Positions 8,642 to 18,203 of a stretch of DNA of 28,462 nt are shown here, in pieces (the stretch's first letter is position 1; each line of letters begins with the position of its first letter). This DNA is from Bdellovibrionia bacterium (lineage in GTDB: Bacteria; Bdellovibrionota; UBA1018), in NCBI GenBank assembly GCA_045805065.1, contig JBJMMA010000051.1, positions 1-28,462 of the forward strand, given 5' to 3'. A model generated the notes under the pieces. It did not search any database, was not told the origin of the DNA, and saw only the letters and a list, made by a program, of their open reading frames with translations. A program made the translations under genes and the position numbers.

Positions 8642-10240
8642 TTGCGAACTTTAAGATGCCTCAGGCAAGTTTTCTTATGCACGGTGCTTTTACCGCTCCT
8701 GCTTTTACTCGCCTCTGCTGGCGCTGATTGCGCGCCAGTAAAAAATGCGACTTACGAAGAGTTTCAAAGTCTGGTTCGCGAGAGCGTCGCTAAAGTTCCA
8801 GATCTGAATCTTCTCTGGCGGTGGCAAGTGAAGGGCGATGAGCCGGTCTACTTTGGAGGAGGAGGGCTCAGGGGCCTTTTGAGGTGGCTGGAGTATCAAC
8901 TCAGAAATAAAAGTGTCGCTCAGGTGAGAGCGCTCCGGGTTCCAAACGTGGATCAGCTGATCTCGGTTTGGGCTGATAAAGATATCTATCATGATCGAGT
9001 GGACGCGAACTGGTTTAAGTCCAATTTTCCGGCGTATGGGGATTGGGATGTCCTGACTCGCACATTTTATGATGCGAGCATTGAGGCAGGAGGCCCAGGG
9101 ATTGAGAAAATTCGAGTGAGTCCGACTCATATTGACGATCCCCTGGGAGGGCTTGCCGCTTTTTATCAGGGGAAACTCAACTTCGTAGATGCGCCTGAAG
9201 AGGTTTTCCAGAAGTTCAGAGGCGCCAGCGCGATCCAGCTTAAAGATAATTATAAATCTGCCCTGGTTTTGCGGGCATTGAGATTTTCCAGGGATCTGCC
9301 TTCCGTCACCTTAGATGATGAAACCTTGAGAGCAATGAAGGCCGCAGTGAAGTCCGAAGAGAATCTGATTAAAGCGAATAATTATTGGCTCCAAAAGTCC
9401 CTTTATAAGCTGTACTTGTCGACAGGCGAAAATAGAAAAAAAACGATCCAGGCGCTGGACTCCGTGGGTCTCACCAAAACGCTTGCAAGGAATGGCTATT
9501 ATCTGAATCGGCCAAACGCTGACGGATGGAGACACTATTTATTTCTCGAGCCACGAGTAAAGGGTTTGACCATTGATGATCTCACAAGGTTCAAGTTAAG
9601 CGTTAATTCCATTGCTGAGATTGCTGCAGCGATGGAGAAGATGCTCCGGGGAGCAAAGGCCGAGGACGTGGATGCCATTTTGGATCCAGTTGTAAGAAGT
9701 CCTACTCCCGAGTATTTGTTAAATATCGCATTTATACGAAAGTCTAAGACTTCTGCGTTGAAGCGCTCTAAAGTTGCTGGCTGCATCATCGATGCCCTGG
9801 CTAAAGACGTGATTATTGACGGACGATACAGCGCCCGCAACTTGACAATCGTCGCAGCTGGAGCCGGCTGGTACCTCTATGAGAAGGCTATTCAAGGTCT
9901 GAACAGTTGCACGTCGAATACGAAGGTATTGGATTTAGATACCTTGGACCTGAACGGAAAGAGTCCTGAGCTTTGTGTGTATTATCTCACCACGTCTTGC
10001 CTTTTGTATAATCAGCGTCGGGCAGAGTCGTTTTGCAATAAGATCAACAACTACTATCCAATGAAGGCGCTTCAATTGCTGCATGCCAGAGGGGTTCCGA
10101 TCGATGCTTCTTCGGTAGAATTCGCCCAGAGAATTGACACCGACGCTCAGATCGAGTGCGTAAAGAACTTGAAGAATGAGCAACTGACTTCTGCGGCATT
10201 CAAGACAGGCGCAGCCGAGCTGTGTCGGGCGCATAATTAA
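8642..10240 (+). CDS. Exported protein with an N-terminal CCA-adding/poly(A) polymerase-like nucleotidyltransferase domain (532 aa)
   Basis: Hydrophobic signal peptide. YFGGGGLRG, DKD (DxD), IDDPLGGL and LVLRALRF occur in the order and spacing of the class II NTase motifs GGxVRD, DxD, DPxGG and LRxxRF. Cys-rich C-terminal part is unassigned. Confidence 0.65.
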   Translation: MRTLRCLRQVFLCTVLLPLLLLLASAGADCAPVKNATYEEFQSLVRESVAKVPDLNLLWRWQVKGDEPVYFGGGGLRGLLRWLEYQLRNKSVAQVRALRVPNVDQLISVWADKDIYHDRVDANWFKSNFPAYGDWDVLTRTFYDASIEAGGPGIEKIRVSPTHIDDPLGGLAAFYQGKLNFVDAPEEVFQKFRGASAIQLKDNYKSALVLRALRFSRDLPSVTLDDETLRAMKAAVKSEENLIKANNYWLQKSLYKLYLSTGENRKKTIQALDSVGLTKTLARNGYYLNRPNADGWRHYLFLEPRVKGLTIDDLTRFKLSVNSIAEIAAAMEKMLRGAKAEDVDAILDPVVRSPTPEYLLNIAFIRKSKTSALKRSKVAGCIIDALAKDVIIDGRYSARNLTIVAAGAGWYLYEKAIQGLNSCTSNTKVLDLDTLDLNGKSPELCVYYLTTSCLLYNQRRAESFCNKINNYYPMKALQLLHARGVPIDASSVEFAQRIDTDAQIECVKNLKNEQLTSAAFKTGAAELCRAHN

Positions 10241-10267
10241 AGGTGCTTCTTGAAAGGTCATAAAGAT

Positions 10268-10407
10268 AAATCACAGAGAGCTAAAAACTCTTTTTATCAA
10301 AGAAGCCTCGTTGCGACTTCCTGTCGCATGCCTGATGGCTCATCCTGAGCCGGCACGACTCGGTTTTTAATATGTCCTGTTTATTTTCATTTCAATGACT
10401 GTGATTT
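10268..10407 (-). repeat. Palindromic repeat element, copy 2 (inverted core, mismatched arms)
   Basis: Core 10306-10363 reads CCGAGTCGTGCCGGCTCAGGATGAGCCATCAGGCATGCGACAGGAAGTCGCAACGAGG on the minus strand. Arm 10364-10407 resembles the copy 1 arm. Only the terminal AAATCACAG/CTGTGATTT still pairs. Confidence 0.9.
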
Positions 10408-10501
10408 GTTCGAAAGGTTTGGTCGTGTAGGGAGCGTTAGGGTTTTGACGATTGGGGCGAGATCGATTTGAACTTAGGCGCGAGAAATTCGCTGTGTCAT
10501 A

Positions 10502-10831
10502 ATGAGAAAGATGCTCAAAGTGATTCGAAGGAAAAAGCCTCTGTGTTGGGTCCTGCCTTGCCTCTTTACTCTTTGGATGGCGATGTCCTGGAGTCTGCTC
10601 TCGGGTTTGGGTGGTTTGTTACCAGTTTGGGTGACTAATCTTCTATCGGTTGCGATGATTCCCTCGCTCATCGTTACACCGATTTTGAAGTCTCTGGGTT
10701 TTGCTTTGAGCAATGCCGCTTACTCGGGGCCGACGGACTTTGGAATTGTGATCGCCACCCTGATTTTTGATGTGGCCTTATATGGGCTCGGTTTTGCTCT
10801 CGATCGAATGCAAGACCTTAAAAAAAGGTAA
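10502..10831 (+). CDS. Small hypothetical membrane protein (109 aa)
   Basis: Basic N-terminus plus about three hydrophobic segments. Fills the space between repeat copies 2 and 3. Confidence 0.6.
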   Translation: MRKMLKVIRRKKPLCWVLPCLFTLWMAMSWSLLSGLGGLLPVWVTNLLSVAMIPSLIVTPILKSLGFALSNAAYSGPTDFGIVIATLIFDVALYGLGFALDRMQDLKKR

Positions 10832-10837
10832 AACCGG

Positions 10838-10973
10838 AAGCAATCAGAGACTCTAAAAATACAAAAAGCTCAAAGCCCGAGTCGTTCCGGCCCAGGATGG
10901 GCCAAAAGGAATGCGACAGGAAGTCGCAACGAGGGTTTTGAGCTTTTTGTATTTTTCGACTCTCTGAATGCTT
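10838..10973 (+). repeat. Palindromic repeat element, copy 3
   Basis: 39-bp inverted arms (10838-10876 and 10935-10973, 4 mismatches) around core 10877-10934, CCGAGTCGTTCCGGCCCAGGATGGGCCAAAAGGAATGCGACAGGAAGTCGCAACGAGG. Confidence 0.92.
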
Positions 10974-13050
10974 ACTTGGTTTCTTCGATGATCTGCCCGC
11001 CTTGAACGGACAAAACCCGAAGATTGCGAACCAGCTGCCCGTCTTTGAACGAGATGTTTCCGGTCACGCCTTTGATGTTCTTGGTGTCGCGGATCTTATC
11101 GAGAAGATCTGCGCGAGAGTAGTTGGAACCAGCGGATTCCATTGCTCTGAGGACAACCAAGCCTGCGTCATAAGCCATCGCGTCCATTCCGTTTGGATCG
11201 CTTCCAAACTGGGTCTTGAACTGATCCATGAACTTGCGGACGCGCTCGGACTGGCTTCCTGGAAAGAAAGCATCCACAAAGAGAGCGCCTTCAGCGTTCT
11301 TTTCCGCGCGCGAAGCGAGCTCAGGTGAGTTCCAAGTCGAAGTGCCGAGGAACTGGACATGCTCAACGTCGCGATAAGCAAACGTTGGAAGGATCTGACC
11401 GCTGATCTTGGCGTCGTCTGCGATAAAGACCGCATCATAGTCGACGATCGGTGGCAGGCTGAAATACTGCTCGGTTTTGCGGTTTCTCTTTTTGATCTGA
11501 TTGACCTGACGCTGACGAGCAAGCTCATCAAGCTCGTTCTGGCGAGCCTCGGTGTAGTAGAGACCGGAGAGCTTGTCGACGACTTCGCGGAAATCGGTTT
11601 CAGTCGGAGAATAGCTCTCAATGCCTACGATCTGACCACCCAGGCTCTCCACCGCATCCCAGAAATACTGAGCGCTTTCATCGCCCACTTGTCCTTTAGG
11701 GGAGAGAATCGCAAAGCGGCGAAGCCCGCGATTTTGAATCGCATAGCGCGCGATCTCATAGGTCTGCATCTGAAGAGTGATGCCGGCTTGGACAACGTAG
11801 TTGTCAGCCACGCCTTCGTGACGGGAGAGAGAAATCAGAGGAACACCGAGTTCTGCAGCACGACGCGTGACCTGATCAATGCCCTTGCTGAGAAGGGGGC
11901 CAATGACTGCTGCCACATGGTGCTTGGAGACCAGACGGTTCAAAGCTTTGATGGTTTGAGCGGGCTCATCGCCGCTGTCTTCAACCGCAAGCTGAATTCC
12001 CGTATCTGGGGACTCAAGATCAAAGATCCCGAAAGCCTGTTCGATGGCTTGAAGGTTGCGTTGGCCAAAGCGCGCGAACTTTCCTTTGAGCGGCAGGAGC
12101 ACGCCGATCGTCTTGCGATCGAGTGCCGTATCGACGTTGCTTTTCAGAAGCTCACGAGCTTCGTTGGCATAAGGACTGTTTGGAAATCTTGCGACCAGAA
12201 GGCGAAGATGACCCTCGGCCTTTCCGTCAAGTCCCAGATGCTTTTCCTTGGAGCCCAGGCGGAACAAAAGGCCATCCGCAAGAGGAGAGGCCTCATTCTC
12301 ACGATAAAGGTCGGCAAGCTGCTGCGTTCCGACGATCTCTTTCAGGGAATTGTCGAGCGAGGTCTCGATAACTTTTCTGAGCTCAGGCGTGAGTGGGTTG
12401 ACTTCGCGGCTGATGCTCAGGATCTCGCGTGCGGCTTCGTAGTCAAACTTGCGCTTGCTGTAGATGCCTGCTTTCAGAAAGCGGAACTTGAGCTTGTTGT
12501 CGTTATCGAGCTTCGCAAAATCCACCTGGTTTGCCGATTGTTCGGAGGCATCAATCTGGCCTGCATCAAACTGAGCCTTGGCAAGATTGTAGGTGAGATA
12601 AGGCGTAAAGCCCGGATTGGAAGTGTTGAGACGAATCGCTCTTTGAAACTGCTCAATCGCCTGATCCGGACGGTGAGTGAGGAGCAGGCAAAGTCCGCGC
12701 ATATTGGCGACTTGCGAGAGCAGATAGCTCTTTGGAAAGCGGCTCTCAAAGCCTTCAAGACGCGTGAGCGCTGCATTGAAGGCTTGATTGGAATAAAGTT
12801 TATGAACCTCATTGTACTCACGCAGATCAGGAGAGGTTTCGGCGCTGCTGGCGTTCAGCGGCGCGCTCTCTGGATTTGCCGCAGCTGAGATCAGGGTGCG
12901 CTTGCTGACGATCGCAGGCGCCGCTTTCTCCACAGGCTGTTCAGGACGTTGCTGAACAGAGTCCGTGGCACAAGCGGTGGTGAGCGCAAAAAGAGTCCCG
13001 ATCCCCGTTTGAACGAGGCGATTGGAAATGCGTGAGGTCATGGGGTTCAT
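10972..13050 (-). CDS. LpoA/LppC-like lipoprotein (penicillin-binding protein activator family; TPR plus periplasmic-binding fold, 692 aa)
   Basis: Lipobox-like LTTAC, N-terminal TPRs, then IGVLLPLKG, VIGPLLS, DAMAYDA and GVTGNISF of the type I periplasmic-binding/LppC domain. Confidence 0.8.
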   Translation of the reverse strand: MNPMTSRISNRLVQTGIGTLFALTTACATDSVQQRPEQPVEKAAPAIVSKRTLISAAANPESAPLNASSAETSPDLREYNEVHKLYSNQAFNAALTRLEGFESRFPKSYLLSQVANMRGLCLLLTHRPDQAIEQFQRAIRLNTSNPGFTPYLTYNLAKAQFDAGQIDASEQSANQVDFAKLDNDNKLKFRFLKAGIYSKRKFDYEAAREILSISREVNPLTPELRKVIETSLDNSLKEIVGTQQLADLYRENEASPLADGLLFRLGSKEKHLGLDGKAEGHLRLLVARFPNSPYANEARELLKSNVDTALDRKTIGVLLPLKGKFARFGQRNLQAIEQAFGIFDLESPDTGIQLAVEDSGDEPAQTIKALNRLVSKHHVAAVIGPLLSKGIDQVTRRAAELGVPLISLSRHEGVADNYVVQAGITLQMQTYEIARYAIQNRGLRRFAILSPKGQVGDESAQYFWDAVESLGGQIVGIESYSPTETDFREVVDKLSGLYYTEARQNELDELARQRQVNQIKKRNRKTEQYFSLPPIVDYDAVFIADDAKISGQILPTFAYRDVEHVQFLGTSTWNSPELASRAEKNAEGALFVDAFFPGSQSERVRKFMDQFKTQFGSDPNGMDAMAYDAGLVVLRAMESAGSNYSRADLLDKIRDTKNIKGVTGNISFKDGQLVRNLRVLSVQGGQIIEETK

Positions 13051-13066
13051 TTTAGACGGAACGCGC

Positions 13067-14227
13067 TTAGTCGAAAAGGTTTTTCACCTTTTCAAAGAAG
13101 CTATGATGCATCGGATGGGCGCCATCGGCTCCGCTGTCCTCAAACTGCTTTAAAAGGTCCTTCTGTGCGCTGTTGAGTTTGGTAGGAACCTCAACAATTA
13201 CGCGGACAAGCTGGTCGCCGCGGCCGTAAGAACCGAGCTTCGACAGGCCCTTGTTCTTAAGACGGAAGGACTTATGAGACTGGGTTCCGGCAGGAACTTT
13301 GAGCTTCACCTTGCCTTCGATCGTTGGAACTTCGATTTCGGCACCCAACGCGGCCTGAGTGAAGGTGATCGGCACTTCGCAGATCACGTCAAATTCATCC
13401 CGGGTAAAGAACTCGTGAGGAAGGATATTGATGACGACGTAGAGATCGCCAGGCATTGCGCCACGCTCGCCCGCTTCGCCTTCACCGGTCAGCTTCAATC
13501 GTTGACCCGTATCCACCCCAGCAGGGATCTTTACGGCAATCTGACTGCGCTTTTGGATCTGTCCCGAGCCCCGGCAATCCGAGCATGGGTTTGGAATCGT
13601 TTGTCCTGCGCCATTACATGCAGGGCATGGGCGCGAGATCGCAAAGAAGCCTTGTTGGTATTGGACTTCGCCGCGGCCACCGCATTGGCGGCAACTTTCT
13701 GGCTGCGTGCCAGGCTTTGCGCCTGAGCCTTCGCAGGTTTCGCAAGCGACATGGCGGGGAACAGTGATGACTTTCTCCGTACCAAAAGCCGCTTCTTCAA
13801 AAGTAATATCGATGTTGGTTCTCAGGTCAGCGCCCGGGCGTCCTCCGCGACGGCGACCGCCGCGTCCACGAGCTCCTGCAGCACCCCCGGCCGCGCCAAA
13901 GAGGTCACCAAAGATATCACCGAAGATATCGTTGATGTTGGCGCCGCCAAATCCTTGTTCAAATCCACCGAAACCGCCAAATCCGCCACCCGCTCCGCCT
14001 GCGTTTGCGGCGTGTCCGAACTGGTCGTACATTTGGCGCTTTTGAGCGTCTGAGAGAACTTCGTAAGCTTCTGAGACCTCTTTGAACTTTTCCTCAGCTA
14101 CTTTATCGCCCGGGTTTTTGTCCGGATGAAACTGCACAGCAAGCTTACGGTAAGCCTTCTTGATCTCTTCGGTTTGGGCGCCGCGGGCCACGCCTAGAAC
14201 TTCGTAGTAATCTCTCTTAGTCGCCAT
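13067..14227 (-). CDS. dnaJ: Chaperone DnaJ
   Basis: J domain with HPD, G/F-rich linker, four CxxCxGxG repeats. Confidence 0.98.
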   Translation of the reverse strand: MATKRDYYEVLGVARGAQTEEIKKAYRKLAVQFHPDKNPGDKVAEEKFKEVSEAYEVLSDAQKRQMYDQFGHAANAGGAGGGFGGFGGFEQGFGGANINDIFGDIFGDLFGAAGGAAGARGRGGRRRGGRPGADLRTNIDITFEEAAFGTEKVITVPRHVACETCEGSGAKPGTQPESCRQCGGRGEVQYQQGFFAISRPCPACNGAGQTIPNPCSDCRGSGQIQKRSQIAVKIPAGVDTGQRLKLTGEGEAGERGAMPGDLYVVINILPHEFFTRDEFDVICEVPITFTQAALGAEIEVPTIEGKVKLKVPAGTQSHKSFRLKNKGLSKLGSYGRGDQLVRVIVEVPTKLNSAQKDLLKQFEDSGADGAHPMHHSFFEKVKNLFD

Positions 14228-14275
14228 GGATTCTCTTTTTCGTAAACTTAGGCCTCTTCGAGGCCAGGCACTTTA

Positions 14276-14330
14276 GATCGCAACAAGCCCCTCAGCGCTG
14301 GTTAGAGCAGTGAGGGGCTTGTTAACGATC
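14276..14330. terminator. Stem-loop between dnaK and dnaJ (terminator/attenuator or mRNA stabiliser)
   Basis: AACAAGCCCCTCA (14282-14294) pairs perfectly with TGAGGGGCTTGTT (14311-14323). Confidence 0.7.
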
Positions 14331-14354
14331 GATCAATCTTAGAATGGGAAGAGA

Positions 14355-16298
14355 TTAGACTTCTTTGAAGTCCGCATCAATCACATCATCAGATTTTTTA
14401 TCGCCGCCGGCTTGTGCGCCTTGAGCACCAGCGGTGTGGGCTTCAGGACCGCCGTTTCCAGTACCAGGTTGAGCGCCTGCAGCGCCGGCGCCTGCCGTGC
14501 GGTACATTTGCTCAGCCATCTTGTTCGAAGCAGCCGTGAGTTGCTCGGTTGCCTTCTGGAGTTCAGCCACGTCTTTGCTTTCGAGATGCTTGCGAGCTTC
14601 AACGAGAGCTTCTTCGACGTTCTTCTTGGTGTCGGCTTCGATCTTCTCGCCGTTTTCCTTGAGGGTCTTTTCGATCGTGTAGATCAAGCCGTCCAGGGTG
14701 TTGCGAGCATTGACGAGCTCTTTGCGCTTTTCGTCTTCTTCGCGATGAGCTTCGGCTTCCTTCTGCATGCGCTTGATCTCTTCTTCGGAGAGACCGCTCG
14801 ATGCCGTGATGCGGATCGATTGTTCTTTTCCGGTTCCGAGGTCCTTAGCGCCGACGTGAACGATGCCGTTTGCGTCGATGTCAAAGGTGACTTCGACTTG
14901 AGGCACGCCGCGTGGAGCAGGTGGGATGCCGACGAGGTCAAAGCGTCCGAGAGACTTGTTGTACTCAGCGAACTCGCGCTCGCCTTGGAGTACGTGAATC
15001 GTCACAGCGCTTTGGTTGTCAGCAGCCGTCGAGAAGGTTTGTGATTTCTTGGTAGGAATCGTGGTGTTCTTCTCGATGAGCTTGGTGAACACGCCGCCCA
15101 GGGTTTCGATACCGAGAGAGAGTGGGGTGACGTCGAGGAGCAACACGTCCTTCACGTCGCCCTTGAGGACGCCGCCTTGGATTGCTGCACCGACTGCGAC
15201 CACTTCGTCTGGGTTCACGCCGCGGTGTGGTTCTTTACCGAAGATTTCCTTCACCTTCTGCTGAACGCGAGGCATACGGGTCATACCGCCGACGAGAATG
15301 ACCTCGTCGATCTTGTCACGGGTGACGCCAGCGTCCTTCATGCAGGTTTCAGATGGGCCGACCATCTTTTCGATGAGGTCAGCAACCAGAGCTTCAAGTT
15401 TTGCGCGGGAAAGCTTGAGGTTCAAGTGCTTAGGACCCGAAGCGTCTGCCGTGATGAACGGAAGATTGATGTCGGTTTCCATGGAGCTCGAGAGCTCATG
15501 CTTTGCTTTTTCAGCGGCTTCTTTCAAGCGTTGGAGAGCCATCTTGTCCTTGCGGAGGTCGATGCTGCTTTCCTTTTTGAACTCATCAGCGATCCAGTCG
15601 ATGATGCGTTGGTCGAAGTTACCGCCGCCCAGGAAAGTGTCGCCGTTGGTTGCCTTCACTTCGAAGACGCCATCGCCGAGCTCAAGGATCGAGATATCGA
15701 ACGTACCGCCGCCCAAGTCGAAGACTGCAACCGTGTGGTTCTTGCCTTGCTTGTCGAGGCCGTAAGCGAGGGCTGCAGACGTTGGTTCGTTGATGATGCG
15801 CTTGACTTCGAGACCTGCGATGCGGCCAGCGTCTTTCGTTGCTTGGCGTTGAGCATCGTTGAAGTAAGCGGGAACCGTCACGACAGCTTCGGTGACAGGT
15901 TCGCCCAGATAGTCTTCAGCGGTCTTCTTCATCTTCTGAAGAACGAGCGCGGAGATTTCTTGTGGAGAATATTCGCGGTCATCGACCTTCACCCAAGCAT
16001 CACCGTTCTTAGCTTCGATGATCTTGAATGGGGCGACCTTGATGAATTCTTGAACTTCGCGGGAGTTGAACTTGCGTCCAATCAAACGCTTGGCTTCGTG
16101 AATCGTCTTTTCTGGATTGGTGATGGCTTGGCGCTTTGCAGCTTGGCCAACCAGCTTTTCTCCAGATGGGCTGAAGCCCACGACCGAAGGAGTCGTATTC
16201 GCGCCTTCAGCATTTGGGATTACCTTCGGCTCGCCGCCTTCAAGAACGGAGACGCAGGAGTTCGTTGTGCCCAAGTCAATTCCAATGATTTTACCCAT
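14355..16298 (-). CDS. dnaK: Chaperone DnaK (Hsp70)
   Basis: [25 protein letters not shown] and the C-terminal DADFKEV. Confidence 0.99.
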   Translation of the reverse strand: MGKIIGIDLGTTNSCVSVLEGGEPKVIPNAEGANTTPSVVGFSPSGEKLVGQAAKRQAITNPEKTIHEAKRLIGRKFNSREVQEFIKVAPFKIIEAKNGDAWVKVDDREYSPQEISALVLQKMKKTAEDYLGEPVTEAVVTVPAYFNDAQRQATKDAGRIAGLEVKRIINEPTSAALAYGLDKQGKNHTVAVFDLGGGTFDISILELGDGVFEVKATNGDTFLGGGNFDQRIIDWIADEFKKESSIDLRKDKMALQRLKEAAEKAKHELSSSMETDINLPFITADASGPKHLNLKLSRAKLEALVADLIEKMVGPSETCMKDAGVTRDKIDEVILVGGMTRMPRVQQKVKEIFGKEPHRGVNPDEVVAVGAAIQGGVLKGDVKDVLLLDVTPLSLGIETLGGVFTKLIEKNTTIPTKKSQTFSTAADNQSAVTIHVLQGEREFAEYNKSLGRFDLVGIPPAPRGVPQVEVTFDIDANGIVHVGAKDLGTGKEQSIRITASSGLSEEEIKRMQKEAEAHREEDEKRKELVNARNTLDGLIYTIEKTLKENGEKIEADTKKNVEEALVEARKHLESKDVAELQKATEQLTAASNKMAEQMYRTAGAGAAGAQPGTGNGGPEAHTAGAQGAQAGGDKKSDDVIDADFKEV

Positions 16299-16350
16299 AT
16301 AGTTGCCTTTCTTTACTTAAAAATTGGTCTGAAAATCGTTTTGTCAAATA

Positions 16351-16935
16351 TCAGCTAGCAGAAATTCCGCTGCTCACCATCACGCGCGCAGGACGCAAGA
16401 GGCGGCCATGAATCGTGTAACCTTTAAGCTGCTCCGAAGTCACGGTTCCAGCAGGCTGGTTCGATGGCTCTTGTCCCATACCTTCCATGAGGTTCGGGTC
16501 GAAAGCTTTTCCAACCGTTGGAACTTCTTCAACGCCGTTGCGTTGCAAGGTTTGCTTGAATTGTTGAATGACCATCTGAAGGCCGATCACGAGATTCTTG
16601 TCGGTGCCTTCAGGAGTGTGGGCCATGGCGCGCTCCAAGTTGTCGAGAACTTGAAGAAGATCGCGGCCGACGTTTTCCCAGCCAAATTTGCGTGCATCTT
16701 GAAGCTCTTTGAACGAACGCTTTTTGTAATTTTCAAACTCAGCGTAGAGATAAAGATACTTTGCGTCTTTCTCTTTTACCTGAGCTTCAAGCTCTTGGGT
16801 GCGCTGGTCAGCCTGGCTGTTACTATGACCGTTTGTGCCACCGTTGGCTTGGTTTTGTTGGGAGCCGCCGTTTTCAAATGGTTCGGCCGCGCGTTCGGCG
16901 GATCGCTCCGCAGATTCATGTTCGTTGGGTTCCAT
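16351..16935 (-). CDS. grpE: Nucleotide exchange factor GrpE
   Basis: AEFENYKKR, LDNLERA, FDPN and KGYTIHGRLLRPARVMV. Lies upstream of dnaK. Confidence 0.97.
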   Translation of the reverse strand: MEPNEHESAERSAERAAEPFENGGSQQNQANGGTNGHSNSQADQRTQELEAQVKEKDAKYLYLYAEFENYKKRSFKELQDARKFGWENVGRDLLQVLDNLERAMAHTPEGTDKNLVIGLQMVIQQFKQTLQRNGVEEVPTVGKAFDPNLMEGMGQEPSNQPAGTVTSEQLKGYTIHGRLLRPARVMVSSGISAS

Positions 16936-17053
16936 TAAAAAAATCCTTTCGATGCTTAAAAGTGCTCACCAAAATCTTCAAAAATATCCTTGAGAAGATC
17001 CTGCAACGCTCGCGCTTGCGAGGGCATAGGCCAATCTGAGTGAGCCGCAACTT

Positions 17054-17082
17054 AATATGGTTACGAAACGGCTAGAGTCAAA
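17054..17082 (-). promoter_or_regulatory. Candidate promoter for grpE-dnaK-dnaJ (sigma32/sigma70-like)
   Basis: Minus strand reads TTTGACTCTAGCCGTTTCGTAACCATATT: a TTGAC -35 and a CCATAT -10. Confidence 0.35.
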
Positions 17083-17096
17083 TCGGATCGGTAAAA

Positions 17097-18203
17097 TTAA
17101 GCAAGGGATGTAACGACTTGATCTGAAAGGGAAAAGCCGCGGGCTGTAAGCCTGAAGTAATTCACTTTATTTGGATGGATTTCTAATAGGCCTGCTGCTT
17201 CGAGAGCCCGAGCCTTGGCCTTACGCGTCGGGGTGTTCAGCCAATCCGCTGGAAAACCATCGGATAGCCTAAGCGCCAGCATCCAGGATTCGAGATGCTT
17301 TTGCTCTTCGGTGAGTTCTTCGGTCCATTCTACTACGCTCTCGTTTTGCGCCAGGCTACGGGCGTACTTATGAAGAGAAGAGAAGTTCTTCCAACGTTTG
17401 CTCGTTTGAGAGTTAAAAGAGTGAGCCGATGGTCCCAAGCCCAGGTAGGAATCACCCTTCCAATAGCGAAGATTATGCTGCGCCTGAAATCCAGGCTTTG
17501 CGAAATTGGAGATCTCGTAATGCTCAAAGCCCTTCTCCTGCATGAAACGATCGATGAAAAGAAGATGCTCCAGCTGCGTGTCTTCGTTCGGTAGATCCTT
17601 GTACATCGGATGATGCGGGGGGAGGGTCAGCAAGTAACAGCTCAGATGCTTGATCGGAAAAGAGGTGAGCTGGTTCATGGCTTCTTCGATATCTTTCAAG
17701 CCTTGATTGGGAACGCCGCAGAGAAGATCGACAGACACATTCTCAAATCCTGCGCCAAACACCGCATCCAGTGCGCGCAAGACCGCATCGCGCGAGTGAA
17801 CGCGCCCGAGGTTTTTCAGCAGATCCTCGCGCATCGCTTGAACGCCCATGCTCACGCGATTGAGTCCAAACTCGCGGTACTCTTTCATCTTCTCGCGCTC
17901 GATGGAGGAAGGATTGGCTTCCATCGTCCATTCGGTTTTCTCGGTGATGCGAGTATGTTTCCAGAGTGGCTCAAGCGCGCGCTTCATTGAATCAGGCGGC
18001 GTCATGCTGGGTGTTCCGCCACCAAAGAAAATGGTTTCAAGCTCGGGCGAAAGCAGAGGTCCCATCTGCTCGCATTCTGCTTTCAGTGCTTTTTCAAAAG
18101 CGTCGGCATCGCCTGCTTTGGTTTTTTCACGACCCAGCGAATAGAAATCGCAGTAATGGCACTTGGCTTCGCAGAATGGAAAATGGACGTAGAGCGATTT
18201 CAT
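17097..18203 (-). CDS. hemW: Radical SAM heme chaperone HemW (HemN-like)
   Basis: SLYVHFPFCEAKCHYCDF (CxxxCxxC), GGGTPS, EANP, YEISNF, HNLRYW, YLGLGPSAHS. Typical position next to grpE. Confidence 0.92.
   Translation of the reverse strand: MKSLYVHFPFCEAKCHYCDFYSLGREKTKAGDADAFEKALKAECEQMGPLLSPELETIFFGGGTPSMTPPDSMKRALEPLWKHTRITEKTEWTMEANPSSIEREKMKEYREFGLNRVSMGVQAMREDLLKNLGRVHSRDAVLRALDAVFGAGFENVSVDLLCGVPNQGLKDIEEAMNQLTSFPIKHLSCYLLTLPPHHPMYKDLPNEDTQLEHLLFIDRFMQEKGFEHYEISNFAKPGFQAQHNLRYWKGDSYLGLGPSAHSFNSQTSKRWKNFSSLHKYARSLAQNESVVEWTEELTEEQKHLESWMLALRLSDGFPADWLNTPTRKAKARALEAAGLLEIHPNKVNYFRLTARGFSLSDQVVTSLA

Noticed and set aside
10474..10713. 79-aa minus-strand ORF
   Set aside because: It overlaps the more plausible plus-strand membrane protein and has no supporting signals.
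8361..10973. Repeats as a CRISPR array or canonical attC sites
   Set aside because: Spacing of 0.4-1.8 kb, mixed orientation and no cas genes. No RYYYAAC/GTTRRRY ends and no integrase.
11359..12888. 509-aa plus-strand ORF antisense to the LpoA-like gene
   Set aside because: Mirror frame of a well-supported gene, with no recognisable motifs.
14412..16358. Long plus-strand ORFs (210 and 393 aa) antisense to dnaK
   Set aside because: Known artefact of codon bias on the strand opposite dnaK. No RBS or domain motifs.
17002..17028. CIRCE-like TATGCCCTC-N8-GAGCGTTGC upstream of grpE
   Set aside because: Wrong spacer length and many mismatches to the CIRCE consensus.
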